From NCBI GenBank assembly GCA_964016885.1, contig OZ024742.1, positions 322,338,001 through 322,402,000 on the forward strand: a DNA stretch of 64,000 nt. Reading direction: 5' to 3'. This document shows, in pieces, positions 37,070-53,146 of the stretch. Every line of letters begins with the position of its first letter. Within the stretch, counting starts at the first letter, position 1. Position numbers and translations under genes: made by a program. Source of the DNA: Eledone cirrhosa. Lineage: Eukaryota. The notes under the pieces were generated by a model. That model had not been told where the DNA came from and did no database searches. It saw nothing but the letters and a program-made list of their open reading frames with translations.

Positions 37070-37335
37070 TCAAGCAATCCATATTTCCACAAGATCAGAA
37101 ATTCAGCTGCCCGTCCGAGGACGGATTCCCAAGAGGTGTGTGTTTGCCGTTGCATCCGGTGTCACTGGCCATAGTCCTTTTCTTCTGTGGCTCTATAATC
37201 CTTGCTTCTCCTCTCCATTTCTTCTCATGTATGGCTTTTATAGTCCTTTCCTCTACTTTCCCATACAGCCAGATCTGCCTTTCTTTAACCCCTTCCCCAT
37301 TTTTAATGCTATCTATACAATTGTAAATAAAATTT
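37070..37335 (+). mobile_element. CRE-like 3' UTR fragment
   Basis: Similar to 9080-9330. Confidence 0.6.
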
Positions 37336-37714
37336 ATATATATATATATATACATGTCCCTTGATTTAGTGGTTCGACAAAATGAGATCAACTTGGAAAA
37401 AAAAACTACTAGGATTAATGTGATTGACTAAATCCCAATTAAGGTGGTGCCTCAGCATGGCCACAGTCAAACGACTAATACCAATAAAAAAATAAAAAAA
37501 AATAAAAGATGGTTAATTAGCTTGATTAAATAGGGTAGTTAATATAATTAATATAAAGTAGTTACTTAAATTTGTGACTGGGAAAAAAAATTATAAGCAC
37601 AAGGGAAATAACTCTATGTTCTTTTACTTTCTAAGGGAAATAATTTGCTTTTCTATATATTAAAAGCTTGAAAGAATAAGTTTATTCTCTATCCAACATA
37701 AAAACTTGCGAACT

Positions 37715-37975
37715 TCGATATAGAGCTTGATAATTCTGTCACTTATTCTAACTACCTCCATCACCTTATCTATCCATTTCTCAGCAAGCATAATGCCTAC
37801 ACCACCTACCCCATTGTCATTTCCTACCCTGAAAAGTTTGTATCTATGTTGTTTGCCGGTGAGTATTCTTGCTGAGGCACCCCTCCATCTCAACTCTTGT
37901 ACACAGCATATATCCATTTTTTTCCTCACTAACAGCTCCACACTTTCACCTGATTTACCTTTCAGGGTGACAGTT
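37715..37975 (-). pseudogene. RTE AP-endonuclease fragment
   Basis: MDICCVQELRWRG..YKLF..GVGIML..SDRII. Confidence 0.8.
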
Positions 37976-39313
37976 CTGAGCTGTGTAACTTGACAGTTAG
38001 TTCCTTGAGTAGCAGTTCTTTATACCTTGAAGGAAATAGGCTGTGCGATTGCTTGAGGGGTTCTTGAACATGTCTACTCTAGTCACCCCACTACTTTGTG
38101 CAGTACTAACATGACTAGTATTGGCCCTGTATATGCAATTAGTATGAATCTTGTGTGTTGTGCTTTCCATAATTTTAGCAGGATTTTTTTCTGGCTGAAT
38201 GCCCTTCTTATCACCAACCGCTTTATAGCATGGACAGGGTGCATTATTTGTGACACCAGCACTAGAGATGTTGTCTTACTGAACTCAAGAGTCCTCTCTA
38301 CCCTGTATCAATTTTTATTCATAGTGTCAACTCTCCCACATGGGTTGCCTTTACTACAGCTTATAGAGTTCACATCTGCCTTATTTATATATATATGAGG
38401 GTGACGTACATATATGGATATACAAACATACATATATGTAACTCTCTCTCTCTCCCTATATATATATATATGTAAATGTGGTTGGCGTTAGGAAGGGCAT
38501 CCAGCCATATAAAACCAGCCAGAAACACCCCCGATTTGAGCGAGACACAGTCACCCAACACAACTTGTCTTAAAATAGGACCCGTCTAACCCATGCTAGC
38601 GTAGAAGATGGACGTTAATCAATGATGATGATGATGATATATATATCATCATCCTCATCCTCATCGTTTCCACATCCGTTTTCCATGCTTGCATATATAT
38701 ATATGTATGTATATATGGGGGGAGACAGATATACGTATAATGTATGCTTGCATACATGAATATAAACACTCACACACATACAGAGATAAATAGTTAAGTA
38801 GATAGGCAAATAGACTGACAGATAGATAGATAGACAGACAGATAGATAGACAGACAGACAGATAGATAGAGAGATAGACAGACAGATAGATAGAGAGATA
38901 GCTAAATAGATAGATAGATAGATAGTTTAGATAGATAGATGTCTGACTGGGTTTGGGTCATTATATATATGTGTGTGTGTGTATGTATACTGGAATAAGA
39001 AATAGTGTAATAAAAGAAAGAAAAGCTGTTACTGTGTGTGAATCTCTCACAGTTCATTGTTTTACTATTGAATTCTCAACCTCTGCTCCTCCTCTCCCTT
39101 CCCTTTTATATTTTCAACTGGAGACAGTCTTTTCTACTAACACCAGACTGGTCTCCCATATCTCTTTCTGTGTGTGTGTTGGTGTGTGTATATCTATATG
39201 TAAGTGTGAAACAAATAAGACTTTGTGTTTTTGCATCTCTATGTTTGTCTTGTCATTTCTTGAACTATATCTGTGTATGTCTCAAACTATTCTCTCTCTC
39301 TTCCTCTCTCTCT

Positions 39314-39399
<86 letters not shown>

Positions 39400-39779
39400 T
39401 CATCTGACATTAAGGCGAAACAACCATATTGAAACTTTGATCTCACTGTCAGAAAATAAAATTTACACTCTTACTACTTGTGACAACTAAAGAAGACGTT
39501 AAACCAGATGATGACGATGATGGTGGTGGTGGTGGTGGTGGTGATGGTGATGATTATGGTGGTGGTGGTGGTGATGATGATGATGACAACGACTCTGCTT
39601 ACATGTATTGAGTCTTCATTCAGTTTATGTTTTAATTTTTTCAAGTTACAATGATTGGTGTTAGGAAAAGCAACTAGCTGTAGAAACTAAGTTAAAAATG
39701 GAACCTATGTGCAAGGTGTGGTCACCTGTCTAGCTTCCAAATGTGACAACCTGTCTAACTAACCCATGCAAGTCTGGAA

Positions 39780-40195
39780 ATCATCATTATCATCATCGTT
39801 TTACGTCCATTTCTCCACGCTGACATGGGTTAGACGAGTTGTTCTGTTGTTGGCTATTTTAGGTCAGGTGACCATATCTTGCACATACAGAATTGATTTT
39901 TGCCTGGTTTCTACAGCTGGATGCCCTTCCTAACGCCAACCTCATTTACAGTAAGTACTGGGTGCTTTCTGTCATGACGCCTACATAACCACCTTACAGT
40001 GTTGACTGGGTGGTTTTGTCATGGTATCTACACAACCACTTTACAGTGTTGACTGGGTGCTTTTTGTTGTGACACCTACACAACCACTTTACAATGTGGA
40101 CTGGGTGGTTTTGTTGTGACACCTACACAACCACTTTACAGTGTTGACTGGGTGCTTTTTACCATGTCACCATCATGACCACCACTTTACTGTGT
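39780..40195 (-). mobile_element. RTE-type 3' tail with 48-bp repeats
   Basis: ctggatgcccttcctaacgccaac motif; same unit as 35447, opposite strand. Confidence 0.75.
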
Positions 40196-40409
40196 TTCAG
40201 CCTACCCTCATGAGAGATGTATGGGAGGGTGGGATGGGGTGGTGCATACTGTATATATGCATCAGCTTCGGTCTCTGTACCAGTGAGAAGTAGGGTCTTC
40301 TGTAAAATAGATACTAAATGGTGATGATGATATATTCACATTTATGTACACACACACACGCACACACATGAGCAATTATACTAGTGTGCATAAAAATTCC
40401 ACATAAATC

Positions 40410-40985
<576 letters not shown>

Positions 40986-42129
40986 ATAATTGGGAAGTTG
41001 TGGCTGTGGTTTTAAACAGATTGTTGCTTCAGTGGTTTTCCATATTCATTGCTTGAGTGACCATTACATTGACCAGTCCACAGAAAGATCATGCCATTAA
41101 AAACAACAACAACGTCTAACTTAAAAACAACAGAATTTACCAGGTAGTATGCTATAATGAACACTACTACTACTGCTACTACTACTACTACCACCACCAC
41201 CATTACTACTACTACTACTACAAATAATAATAATAATAATGATGCTGCTGCTGCTGCTGATGATGATGATGATAGTGGTGGTGGTGATGATAAGATGTTC
41301 CATGCTGAGATAGAAAGGTCTTGTAAACAGAAAATGTCACATGTTTTTATTGTAGATCTTATAAAGATATCATTATTGGTAGAGAAAATAACACAAAATT
41401 GGTTTGTAATCAGTGGAACTCTCTGGAATACTCAACTACATATAATGATATCATTGGTTATAGAAAACAATAATATTGATTTGGAATCAATGGAACTCTG
41501 TTGAATACTCTGCAATATTCACTATAATACAAAGTGGACTGTACCTGTAATTCAAAGTGTATGTGACTGAGTAGTCAATATTCACATATTGTGTCAGCTA
41601 ATTCAGTTTGGGAATTGTGTTAACCCTTTTGATACCAACTGCCTGAAACTGGTTCTGATTCAATGACATCATACTGCTTGCATTTAAACCGGCCATATCT
41701 GGCCAGAATTCTCTCACCTTTTTCTGTTCAAACTGATCGTAACTGGCTGCTCATACTGACATTAAGATATTGTTCTCAAAATAAATATCAAAATCTCATA
41801 GATTTGATATTGTGTGGGATTATATAAAGTCTTTACCGTGAAAATATATAGTAAATACAGGTAAAATTCCATTATGACGAAAACCATTATAACAATTTTT
41901 TCAGCATAACAAATTTTTTTCAATCTTCAAGTTAATAACAAACAAACACTCGATTTTTTTTTTGGTCGATGTCGTTGTAAAGAATTTTCCATCACAACAA
42001 ATTTTTTTTTATACCCCATGAATTTCGTTATAACATAATTTCACTGTATAGAGTAATAAAAGGTGTTAAAAATGACAGCGATGTTGATGATGATAATATA
42101 TATATATTTGTGTGTGTATATATGTATAT

Positions 42130-43290
42130 ATCATCATCATCATCAACGTTTAACGTCCGTGTTCCACGCTTGCATGGGTTTGGACGGGGGTTTTCCCACT
42201 TGAGGCAAGAGTGATTGTCTTGCTCGCATAGGACTGTCTAGCGGGTTTTCTACAGCTGGATGCCCTTCCTAACACCAACCACATTTACAGTGTGGGGCTG
42301 GGAGGTTTTTACCGTGTTGCCTACATGGCCACATTACAGCGTGGACTGTCTGGCGGTTTTCTACAGCTGGATGCCCTTCCTAACACCAACCACATTTACA
42401 GTGTGGGGCTGGGAGGTTTTTACCGTGTTGCCTACACGACCACATTACAGCGTGGACTGTCTGGCGGTTTTCTACAGCTGGATGCCCTTCCTAACACCAA
42501 CCACATTTACAGTGTGGGGCTGGGAGGTTTTTACCGTGTTGCCTACACGGCCACATTACAGCGTGGACTGTGTGTTTTTTGTCGTGACACCTACACGATC
42601 TCATTTGTTTCGGCCTGGATGTTGTGACACCAACATAACTTTACATTGAAAGGGGCGTGTGGACGGGGTGGGGGTGGTGGGACAGGGGTGTATTTTGTTA
42701 GAGATGCCTACTGACTGTAGTAGGTTTTAATTTGTATTTAGGTAAAGCGGGTCTTCTCTATTACTGAGTACCGCCAAAGGTCTCGGTCCAGTGACATTGT
42801 CTTGGAGAGGTGTAAGTGTGTGAGGTCGGAATTTATCAGCTCGTCCCAGGTTTTTCTGGGTCTGCCTATTCCGTGGCTACCGTCTATCTTTATTGCCCTG
42901 CACTTTGTTATACAGCTATCGTCTTTCATGCGCATCACGTGACCATACCAATGTAGCCTTCTCTCGAGTAAACAACATCTGATCCCTCTTATTTCTAATT
43001 TTTTCCTTAGTTCGTTTATGCTTTGCCGTTCACGTATATTACTATTACACATCCAGCGGAGCATGCAAGCTTCGTTCCTCTCTAGTCTGCGTATATCCTC
43101 TGCACACAATGCCCAGGTCTCACTGCCATGCAACATTGCTGTTCGTATGCAGGCATATACAACCTGCCTTTCATTTTTAGGGAGAACCCTTTAGTGGCTA
43201 ATAGTGGTATAAGCTCTCTGAACTTTTTCCATCCAGTTCTGACTCTAGCTACTGTACTTTCAGAGCACCCTCCCCCACTGCTGATTTTGT
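42130..43290 (-). mobile_element. 5'-truncated RTE LINE, same family as 27275
   Basis: ORF 42738-43136 nearly identical to the RTE C-terminus; three ~112-bp UTR units. Confidence 0.92.
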
Positions 43291-43547
43291 ATATGCTAAA
43301 GGGTTAAAGTGTTTACATTTATCTAAAAGCTTCCATCACAATTTTATGTAAGAACTTTTGTTAAGTTATGCTCCAAACACCAGTTTAACAATGAGAAAGT
43401 TAGTTACATTACTAAATCCCTTCTAATTCTTGATTATTTTCAAAATTATTTGAAGATCATAAGCAGTGTCTTTCATTAGAAAAATGGTAATGAAAGGGTT
43501 AAGGTTACACATGTCTTTGGAATAATCAGACACATACACTGTAGTGG

Positions 43548-43752
43548 TTTCTGATTTAGGTAGAAGGCCAACAATATTTTGGGGAGGGAAAAGTCGATTA
43601 AATCGACCCCAGTGCTTTATTTTATCAACCTCGTAAGAATGAAAGGCAAAGTTAACCTTGGTGGGATTTGAACTTAGAACACAAAGGGCCATAACTGTAT
43701 GCTTCGAAGAAGAGTGTCTGACACTCTACATATATTGCCAATCTACCGCCCT
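43548..43752 (-). mobile_element. tRNA-derived SINE
   Basis: 15074 family. Confidence 0.7.
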
Positions 43753-44029
43753 TACACTATAATGCAAGATCAATTGTACCTGTAATACAAAGGTCCAGCC
43801 TTATCACATACTGTGTCATGCTAATTTAGTAGGAGACTGCATTGGGGTACATGTGTCTGTGGAATACTCAGCCACTTACACTGTAATACAAGATGGACTA
43901 TACCAGTAATTCGTCCAACCTTGTCATATATTGTCATGCTGATTTTACTGGGTATTACATTAAGGGAACATGTGTTTGTGGAATACTCAACCACTTACAT
44001 ACTAATTTGTTGAGCTCTCCCTTCTACCA

Positions 44030-44515
44030 CTCTACCTCAAATAAGGCCCTCACTCTTTCTCCTCCACCTTCTACCACAAACAAGGCCCTCACCCGCTCTC
44101 CTCTCCCTCTTCTACCCAAACAAGACCCTCACCCCTCTCCTCTCCCCCTTCTACCACAAACAAGGTCCTCACCCTTATCCTCTCCCTCTTCTACCCCAAA
44201 CAAGACCCTCACCCCCTCTCCTCTCTCCCTTCTACCACAAACAAGGTCCTCACCCCCTCTCCCCCTTCTAGCACAAACAAGACTCTCACCCCCACTTCAC
44301 TCCTCCTTCTACCACAACCCCCTCTTCCCCTTCTACCCTCCCCCTCTTCTACCACAAACAAGGTCCTCACCCCCTCTTCACTCCCCTCCTATCACAAACA
44401 AGGCCCTCCCCTTCTACCCCAAACAAAGTCCTCACCCCTATCCACTCCCCTTCTACCCCAAACAAGGTCCTCACCCCTCTCCACTCCCCCTTCTACTACA
44501 AATAAGCCCCCCCCT
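44030..44515. repeat. C-rich ~40-bp degenerate minisatellite
   Basis: cttctaccacaaacaaggtcctcacccc units. Confidence 0.8.
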
Positions 44516-44629
44516 TTCCAGTTACTAATATTGCAAATTAGTTCATATTTTATAATAATGCACGTTTATTGATTGCCACATCCTGTTTACTGTAGCCCTC
44601 ACCACCACCACTCGCCTGTCCTGCTTACA

Positions 44630-46270
44630 AACATATACATACATACACACATACTTACATACACATATGCACATACATATATACATCATGCATATATGCA
44701 TATACGTACATACATACATACACACATGCACATATACATACATATATACATACATACATATATGCATGCATACATACATACATACACACATGCATATATA
44801 CATACATACATACACACATGCATATATACATACATACATATATACATACATACATATATGCATGCATACATACGTATATACATACATACATACACATGCA
44901 TATATATACATACATACATATATATATACATACATATATGCATGCATACATACGTATATACATACATACATACATACACACATGCATATATACATACATA
45001 CATATATGCATGCATACATACGTACTTACATACATACATACACATCCATATATACATACATATATACATACATACATACACACATGCATATATACATACA
45101 TACATATATGCATGCATACATACGTACTTACATACATACATACATACACATGCATATATACATACATATATATATACATACATATATGCATGCATACATA
45201 CATATATACATACATACATACATACATACACACATGCACATATACATACATACATATATACATACATATATGCATGCATACATACGTACTTACGTACATA
45301 CATACATACATTGTATATACATAGATACAATTTAGCTTGGAAAATTGGTGTTAAATGATGAAATCATACACACATGCATATACATAGAATGGGAGAGGAA
45401 GAGAGACATACATATACACAGAGAGGGAGAGAGAGACATACATATACACAGAGAGGGAAAGGGGGAGAGACATACATATACATAGAGAGGGAGAAGGAGA
45501 GAGACACATATACATAGAGAGGGAGAGAGAGAAACATACATATACATAGAGAGGGAAAGTGAGACATACATATACACAGAGAGGGAAAGGGAGAGAGAAA
45601 TACATATACATAGAGAGGGAGAGAGAGAAACATACATATACATAGAGAGGGAGAGAGAGAAACATACATATACATAGAGAGGGAAAGTGAGACATACATA
45701 TACATAGAGAGGGAGAGAGAGACATACATATACACAGAGAGGGAAAGGGGGAGAGACATACATATACATAGAGAGGGAGAAGGAGAGAGACACATATACA
45801 TAGAGAGGGAGAGAGAGAAACATACATATACATAGAGAGGGAAAATGAGACATACATATACACAGAGAGGGAAAGGGAGAGAGAAATACATATACATAGA
45901 GAGGGAGAGAGAGAAACATACATATACATAGAGAGGGAAAGTGAGACATACATATACATAGAGAGGGAAAGGGAGAGAAACATACATATACATAGAGAGG
46001 GAGAGAGAGAAACATACATGTACATAGAGAGGGAGAGAGACATACATATACATAGAGAGGGAGAGAGAGAAACATACATATACATAGAGAGGGAAAGAGA
46101 CATACATATACATAGAGAGGGAGAGAGAGAAACATACATATACATAGAGAGGAAGAGAGAGAAACATACATATACATAGAGAGGGAAAGGGACACATACA
46201 TATACACAGAGAGGGAAAGAGAGAAAAACATACATATACATAGAGAGGGAGAGAGACATACATATACACA
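44630..46270. repeat. (CATA)n tract followed by GA-rich ~30-bp minisatellite
   Basis: acatacatatacatagagagggagagaga units. Confidence 0.9.
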
Positions 46271-46959
46271 AGACACACAGGCATATATACAAACATACAG
46301 ACAACCATGCACAGGCACATGAACACACACACACATGCATGCATAGACATAGGCATACATACACATGCACACAATCACACACACACATCAGCACATACGC
46401 CTCCACATTTGCATATATAAAGACTTACATACACACATACATGTACGGGCACACACATACACACACATGAACACACAGACACACACACGTGTCTGCACAC
46501 ACATACATGCATGCACACACACAGACTCAGACACACACATTCAGGCTCATACATCCCCATATATTCATACACTCAGCAGCGTACTTACAAACGCCTACAA
46601 ACACATGTACACTCACGCATGCTCATATGTGCACATTCACACATGTGCATGCACACACACACACACATGCAGACGCACATACGCCCCCACACTTGCATAC
46701 ATAGACATACACAAACATACATACACCATATTTTTCTATTACTGCCCCACCCCAACTCTATAGCATCACCGCCTCCTTTACTTCCATGGTAACAACACCT
46801 CTCTCTCTCTCTGTGATGATGATGATGATGTCCTTATCATAATCATCATCCTATTCTCACCACACTGTACCATCACCTCCTCCACCATCACCACCACTAC
46901 CACACCACACTTCCAGCAATAACAGCAACAATAACGCCACAGCCACAACCACCACTAAC

Positions 46960-48400
46960 ATCAACCCCCTTATCACCACCCCAATCACTACCACAACACT
47001 CACCACCACCCCCACTAATGATAGCCCCCTATCACCACCACCCCAATCACTACCACAACACTCACCCCCACCCCCACTAATGATAGCCCCCTATCACCAC
47101 CACCCCAATCACTACCACAACACTCACCACCACCCCCACTAATGATAGCCCCCTATCACCACCACCCCAATCACTACCACAACACTCACCACCACCCCCC
47201 ACTAACGATAGCCTCCTATCACTACCACAACCACTAACACCATAACCACCACCACCTCAACCACTACTACCATACTCACCACCACCACCACTAATGATAG
47301 TCCCCTATCACCACCACCACCCCTAACGATAGCCCCCTATCACCACCACCTCAACCACTACTACCACACTCACCACCACCACCACCACTAATGATAGCCC
47401 CCTATCACCACCACCTCAACCACTACTACCACACTCACCACCACCACCACCACTAATGATAGCCCCCTATCACCACCACCTCAACCACTACTACCACACT
47501 CACCACCACCACCACTAATGATAGCCCCCTATCACCACCACCTCAACCACTACTACCACACTCACCACCACCACCACCACTAATGATAGCCCCCTATCAC
47601 CACCACCTCAACCACTACTACCACACTCACCACCACCACCACTAATGATAGCCCCCTATCACCACCACCTCAACCACTACTACCACACTCACCACCACCA
47701 CCACTAATGATAGCCCCCTATCACCACCACCTCAACCACTACTACCACACTCACCACCACCACCACTAATGATAGCCCCCTATCACCACCACCTCAACCA
47801 CTACTACCACACTCACCACCACCACCACTAATGATAGCCCCCTATCACCACCACCTCAACCACTACTACCACACTCACCACCACCACCACCACTAATGAT
47901 AGCCCCCTATCACCACCACCTCAACCACTACTACCACACTCACCACCACCACCACTAATGATAGCCCCCTATCACCACCACCTCAACCACTACTACCACA
48001 CTCACCACCACCACCACCACTAATGATATCCCCCTATCACCACCACCCCAATCACTACCACAACACTCACCACCACCCCCACTAATGATAGCCCCCTATC
48101 ACCACCACCCCAATCACTACCACAACACTCACCCCCACCCCCACTAATGATAGCCCCCTATCACCACTACCCCAATCACTACCACAACACTCACCACCAC
48201 CCCCACTAACGATAGCCTCCTATCACTACCACAGCTACTAACACCTCAACCACCTCAACCACTACCATCACCACCACCACCTCAACCACTACTACCACAC
48301 TTACCACCACCATCACTAATGATAGCCCCCTATCACCCCACCCCCACCACTAACGATAGCTCCCTATCACCACACCCACCACCACCACCACTAACAATAA
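46960..48400. repeat. 57-60-bp minisatellite with internal hairpin
   Basis: ccactaa-tgatag-cccc-ctatca-ccaccacctcaaccactactaccacactc units. Confidence 0.9.
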
Positions 48401-48740
48401 TCCTCAATCACCACCACCTTAATATATTGTCAATAAGATTATTGATATTACATTCACTATACCAATACAATATGGAAATGAATTTTTAGTCCCAAGTCTT
48501 ATTTCCTTGTTTTGTTTTGTTTTATTGTTTTTGTTTGTGATTTTCTTTAATTTTCTTACTTCTGTATTTTCTGTTCCATATAGTTTCTGTTGCAATGGAT
48601 TGTCAGAATCAGTAGCATGTCCAACAAAATGCTCTGTAGTATTTGATCTGGCTCTTTACATTCTGAGTTCAAAATCCTACAGTATCTAGTAATACTTTTA
48701 TGTAATATATAAGGCATCATTATTAGGTTCCAGGTCTATT

Positions 48741-49065
48741 CTAGACATTGGCAATCATGGCTCTCCAGTCCTTCCTGTTGTCAGTGTTTCGGATGAAGTC
48801 ATTCTTTCTCCTCATCCTATTTTGATTGATGTATTCGTTCAGGCTGTCTGTAAATGTTTTTCTTTGTCTTCCTTGTCTCCTCTTTCCTGCGATCTTGCCA
48901 CAAAGAATCAGCTTCTCCAAACCATCCCTTCTGTTTATGTGGCCAAAGAATTCCAATGCCTCTTTCTAATAGTATGGACAAGAGATCTTTCAATCCCTAC
49001 CAGTTTTCAGACTTGATCATCGGTTTTCTTTTCCATCCAAGATATTTTTCATATTCTCCAGATGC
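48741..49065 (-). pseudogene. RTE (BovB-like) C-terminal fragment
   Basis: FFGHINRRDGLEKLILCGKIAGKRRQGRQR..RKDWR. Confidence 0.75.
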
Positions 49066-50869
49066 ATATAAGTAAGGTAGTCAGTTTGGCAGAGTTATTA
49101 GAGCTTTGGATACTTGTTCCAGGCCTCTGTGTTCTGAGTTCAAATCAGGCCGAAGTCCGCTTTGCTTTCATCTTTTTAGGATAATTAGTGAAAGTACTAA
49201 CCCAGGGCTGGCACAGCCCTCTCTCCTTTCAGCTCTTACATTCTAGAAGTTCTGCAGGATCAAAGAAGAAAAAGGTTGTGAGGGTGCCTGTGTCTACTCA
49301 TGACTGCATGGGCACCTAAAACTTGATTGTGTGTGATAGTTGTAATTGTTTTGTAGTTAAGTGGAATTCGACAAGATCCCAGACCTCATTTGCTTGCTGA
49401 GTGGGGTGAACCTCGTCAAATCAGGCCAAGAAAACAATGTTTCCATTGGTCTTTCTATTGCTGATACTATCTACTGGTCGCAACTCTTAGCGAATGAGCA
49501 GTATGAAACAAAGTGTCTTGCTCAAGGACACAAAGCATCACCTGGTCCGAGAATTGAACTTGCAACCTCACAATTGCGAACCCAAGTCTCTAACCACTAA
49601 ACCACATGCCTTCACTAATGTTTTGTAGTATATAAGTGTAAACCTTGGGTTTTAGTTGTAGGATTGTTTGTCCTTTTTTTTTACCCTTTTGATAGCAACC
49701 CAGGCAAAAGAAGCAATTGTATGCATCGTTTTGACCCTTTTGATAACAACCTGCCTGGGACGGGCACTACTATTTTAATGAGTTCATATATAAATTAAAA
49801 CTTTCCAGCATCATGTAAGAATATTTCTACCAGTTATGCTTTAAACATCAGCTCAATAATGAAACATTATTTTATTTAATTCCTCCAAATTTTCCATTAT
49901 TTTTGAAATTGATACTAGCAGATAGGAAGTATATTTCATTCAAAATATTATAACTTCTAACATAATTTTATATAAGAACTATATGTTGAGTTATTATCTT
50001 AGTAATGAAATGAATAATAATTTTAGTAAATCCCTCAAAATTCTTAATTAATTAATTAATTGAATTAGTGTATTTTATTAGAAATAGAGGCATGAAAGGG
50101 TTTATCCTTCACAAAAACCTATTATTATAACGATTGTTTCTGTTTTCACTCTCCGTATTTCTAGATCTTTATATTTTTGATTTTGACGTATTGTGTTTGA
50201 AGTTGTCTCTGGATTATTATGGGGTTGGCTATTTCTGGTGTGTAATTCTTTTAGATTGTGTTTTTTTATGTTGCCCTGTGAAAGAATAGGAAATTTACAG
50301 CTCACACCTATGCAGGTTTAACAAGCCTTATACAAAGTTGCATCTTATAGGAGGTTTCTTGGGTGTTTTAATTCTTTCATAACCATATTTATAATGAAAT
50401 ACACTGGATTTGAATTAATCAGTGAAGAATTTTGAGAAATTTACTAAAATAGTTAATTATTTCATTATAAAGATGGGATTTGATATATAATTTATCAAAG
50501 GGTTCTTATGTCAAATTAGTTAATTATTTAATTATAAAGATGGGATTTGAAATCTAATTTATCAAAAGGTTCTTATGTTAAATTATTTTGGATGATTTTA
50601 ATTTAAATAGAAAACCTTAAAAATTGATTATTTTGTTTCATAGAACCAGAGGCCATTTTGAGCAGGTTGGTATCAAAAGGATTAAGGATATGGTCTTTAG
50701 TCATATACACACACTTATGTATGTATGTTGTTACAGCTAAGACATATGCAGGTTTGGCTGGCCTCCTACAAGATTGTTCCTCATAGGAGGTTTCACAAGT
50801 GTTTTCATAATAGAGGATCCAATCTTATGAAAGGCCAAGTGAAATGATGCATCTTTTCCCTATCTACAA

Positions 50870-51770
50870 CACCACCATTACCATCATCATCATCACCAAC
50901 AACAGCAATATCACCACCACTATCATCAACAACACCACCATTACCATCATCATCTACACCACCATCATCACCAACAACAGCAATATCACCACCACTACCA
51001 TCAACAACACCACCATTACCATCATCATCTACACCACCATCATCACCAACAACAGCAATATCACCACTACCACCATCAACAACACCACCATTACCATCAT
51101 CACTGACACCAGCAGCATCATCAGCAACAGCAATACCACCAATACCACTACCACCATTACCATCATCACTGACACCAGCAGCAGCATAAGCAACAGCAAT
51201 ACCACCAATACCACTTCTACCATCAACAACACCACCATTACCATCATCACGGACACCAGCAGCATCATCAGCAACAGCAATACCACCAATACCACTTCTA
51301 CCATCAACAACAACACCACCATTACCATCATCACAGACACCAGCAGCATCATCAGCAACAGCAATACCACCAATACCACTTCTACCATCAACAACACCAC
51401 CACCATTACCATCATCACTGACACCAGCAGCATCATCAGCAACAGCAATACCACCAATACCACTTCTACCATCAACAACACCACCACCATTACCATCATC
51501 ACTGACACCAGCAGCATCATCAACAACAGCAATACCACCAATACCACTTCTACCATCAACAACACCACCACCATTACCATCATCACTGACACCAGCAGCA
51601 TCATCAGCAACAGCAATACCACCAATACCACTTCTACCATCAACAACACCACCACCATTACCATCATCACTGACACCAGCAGCATCATCAGCAACAGCAA
51701 TACCACCAATACCACTTCTACCATCAACAACACCACCATTACCATCATCACCTACACTACCATTATCATC
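50870..51770. repeat. ~90-bp trinucleotide-derived minisatellite
   Basis: 30-codon periodicity visible in the track ORFs. Confidence 0.9.
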
Positions 51771-53023
51771 ATTAATAAAAGCAATATCACCAAACTGAAT
51801 GACACATTGTATCCTTGAACAAGACACTCCATTTGATGTTGACTAGTCCACTCAGCTAGAGGTTAACCTTGTGTTAGATTGGTCTTCCATCCAAGGACAA
51901 GCCTTGCTGTTTCAGTCACTTAATGTCAATGAAACTGGGATCAACTCTGAATTGATGAGCTTCAGGGCTTGAGACAGACTTTAATTTCAAAATATAATAA
52001 TAATATATAGATTTCACAAAATGATATTTGTAAACTAATTGTGATTATGTTGTTGATGGCAGAGTTGATAGTGGCGGTGGTGGTAGTGATTGTGTTGTTG
52101 TTATTGACAGTGGTATTGATGATGGTGTTGGTGGTGGTGGTATTGTTGTTGATAATTATAGTGATGGTGGTGTAAGTAATGGTGTATTTATTTATTATTG
52201 CTGATGATGTTGGTGTAGATGATGATGGTGTGGTGGCGGTAGTGTTATTGCTAAAAGTGGTATTGTTGTTACTGATGTAGATGGAGGGGGTGTTAGTAAA
52301 GATGGTGGTCTTATTGCTGATGGTAGAAGTGGTGGTGGTGATGTTGCTGATGATGATGGTGTTGTTGTTGCTGATGATGGTAATGCTATTGATAATGATG
52401 ACAGTGGTGGTGATTATAAATATATGTATGTTGAACTACATGTTTCCATATTTGGAGTGGTGGTGTTGGTGGTGGCAGTGATGGTGGTGGTGGTGGTGGA
52501 GGTGGTGGTGATAGTGGTGTCGGTGTTGTTGGTGGTGTTAGTGTTAGTGTTGGTGGTGGCAGTGATGGTGGTGGTGGTGGAGGTGGTGGTGACAGCAGTG
52601 GCAGTGGTGGTATAGAGATATGGAATATTTGGTATATCTAATAAAAAGATCAGTTCAGAAGGAAATTAAATCATTTATTGATATAGGGGGATATCAATAT
52701 GACATGTAGAGGTGGGACACACACAGGCGCGCACATACACACATACTCACATGCATGCACACACGCATGCTCACATGCACTCACACACATATGTATATAA
52801 ATATGTATGTATCCTTGCTACCAGGAAAAACATGTTAAATGATGATGAAGAGGCTGATGAGAATGATGATATATGCATATATCATCAACACCATCATTTT
52901 ACGTCCATTTTTCCACTCTAGCATGGGTTAGACGAGTTGTCCTGTTGTGGGCAATGTCTTGCTCATACTGATTTTGGCTTGGTTTCTACAGCTGGATGCC
53001 TTTCCTAATGCCAATATATATAA

Positions 53024-53146
53024 ACAATTTAATATAGAAATGGCTTCTACAGGACTAGAACTGTTTCAGTCAAAGGAAATCATCAGGAAAGCCCTTTGAA
53101 TGAATCAGTTCTAGTCCTGTAGAAGCCATTTCTATATTAAATTTGT
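53024..53146. repeat. Fold-back with degenerate hammerhead-like apex (family G)
   Basis: ~40-bp arms; minus CTGATGA..GAAAcagTTC; stems poor. Confidence 0.45.

Noticed and set aside
50805-51827. 340-aa repetitive ORF resembling a structural protein
   Set aside because: Minisatellite open in three frames; no signal peptide or splice support
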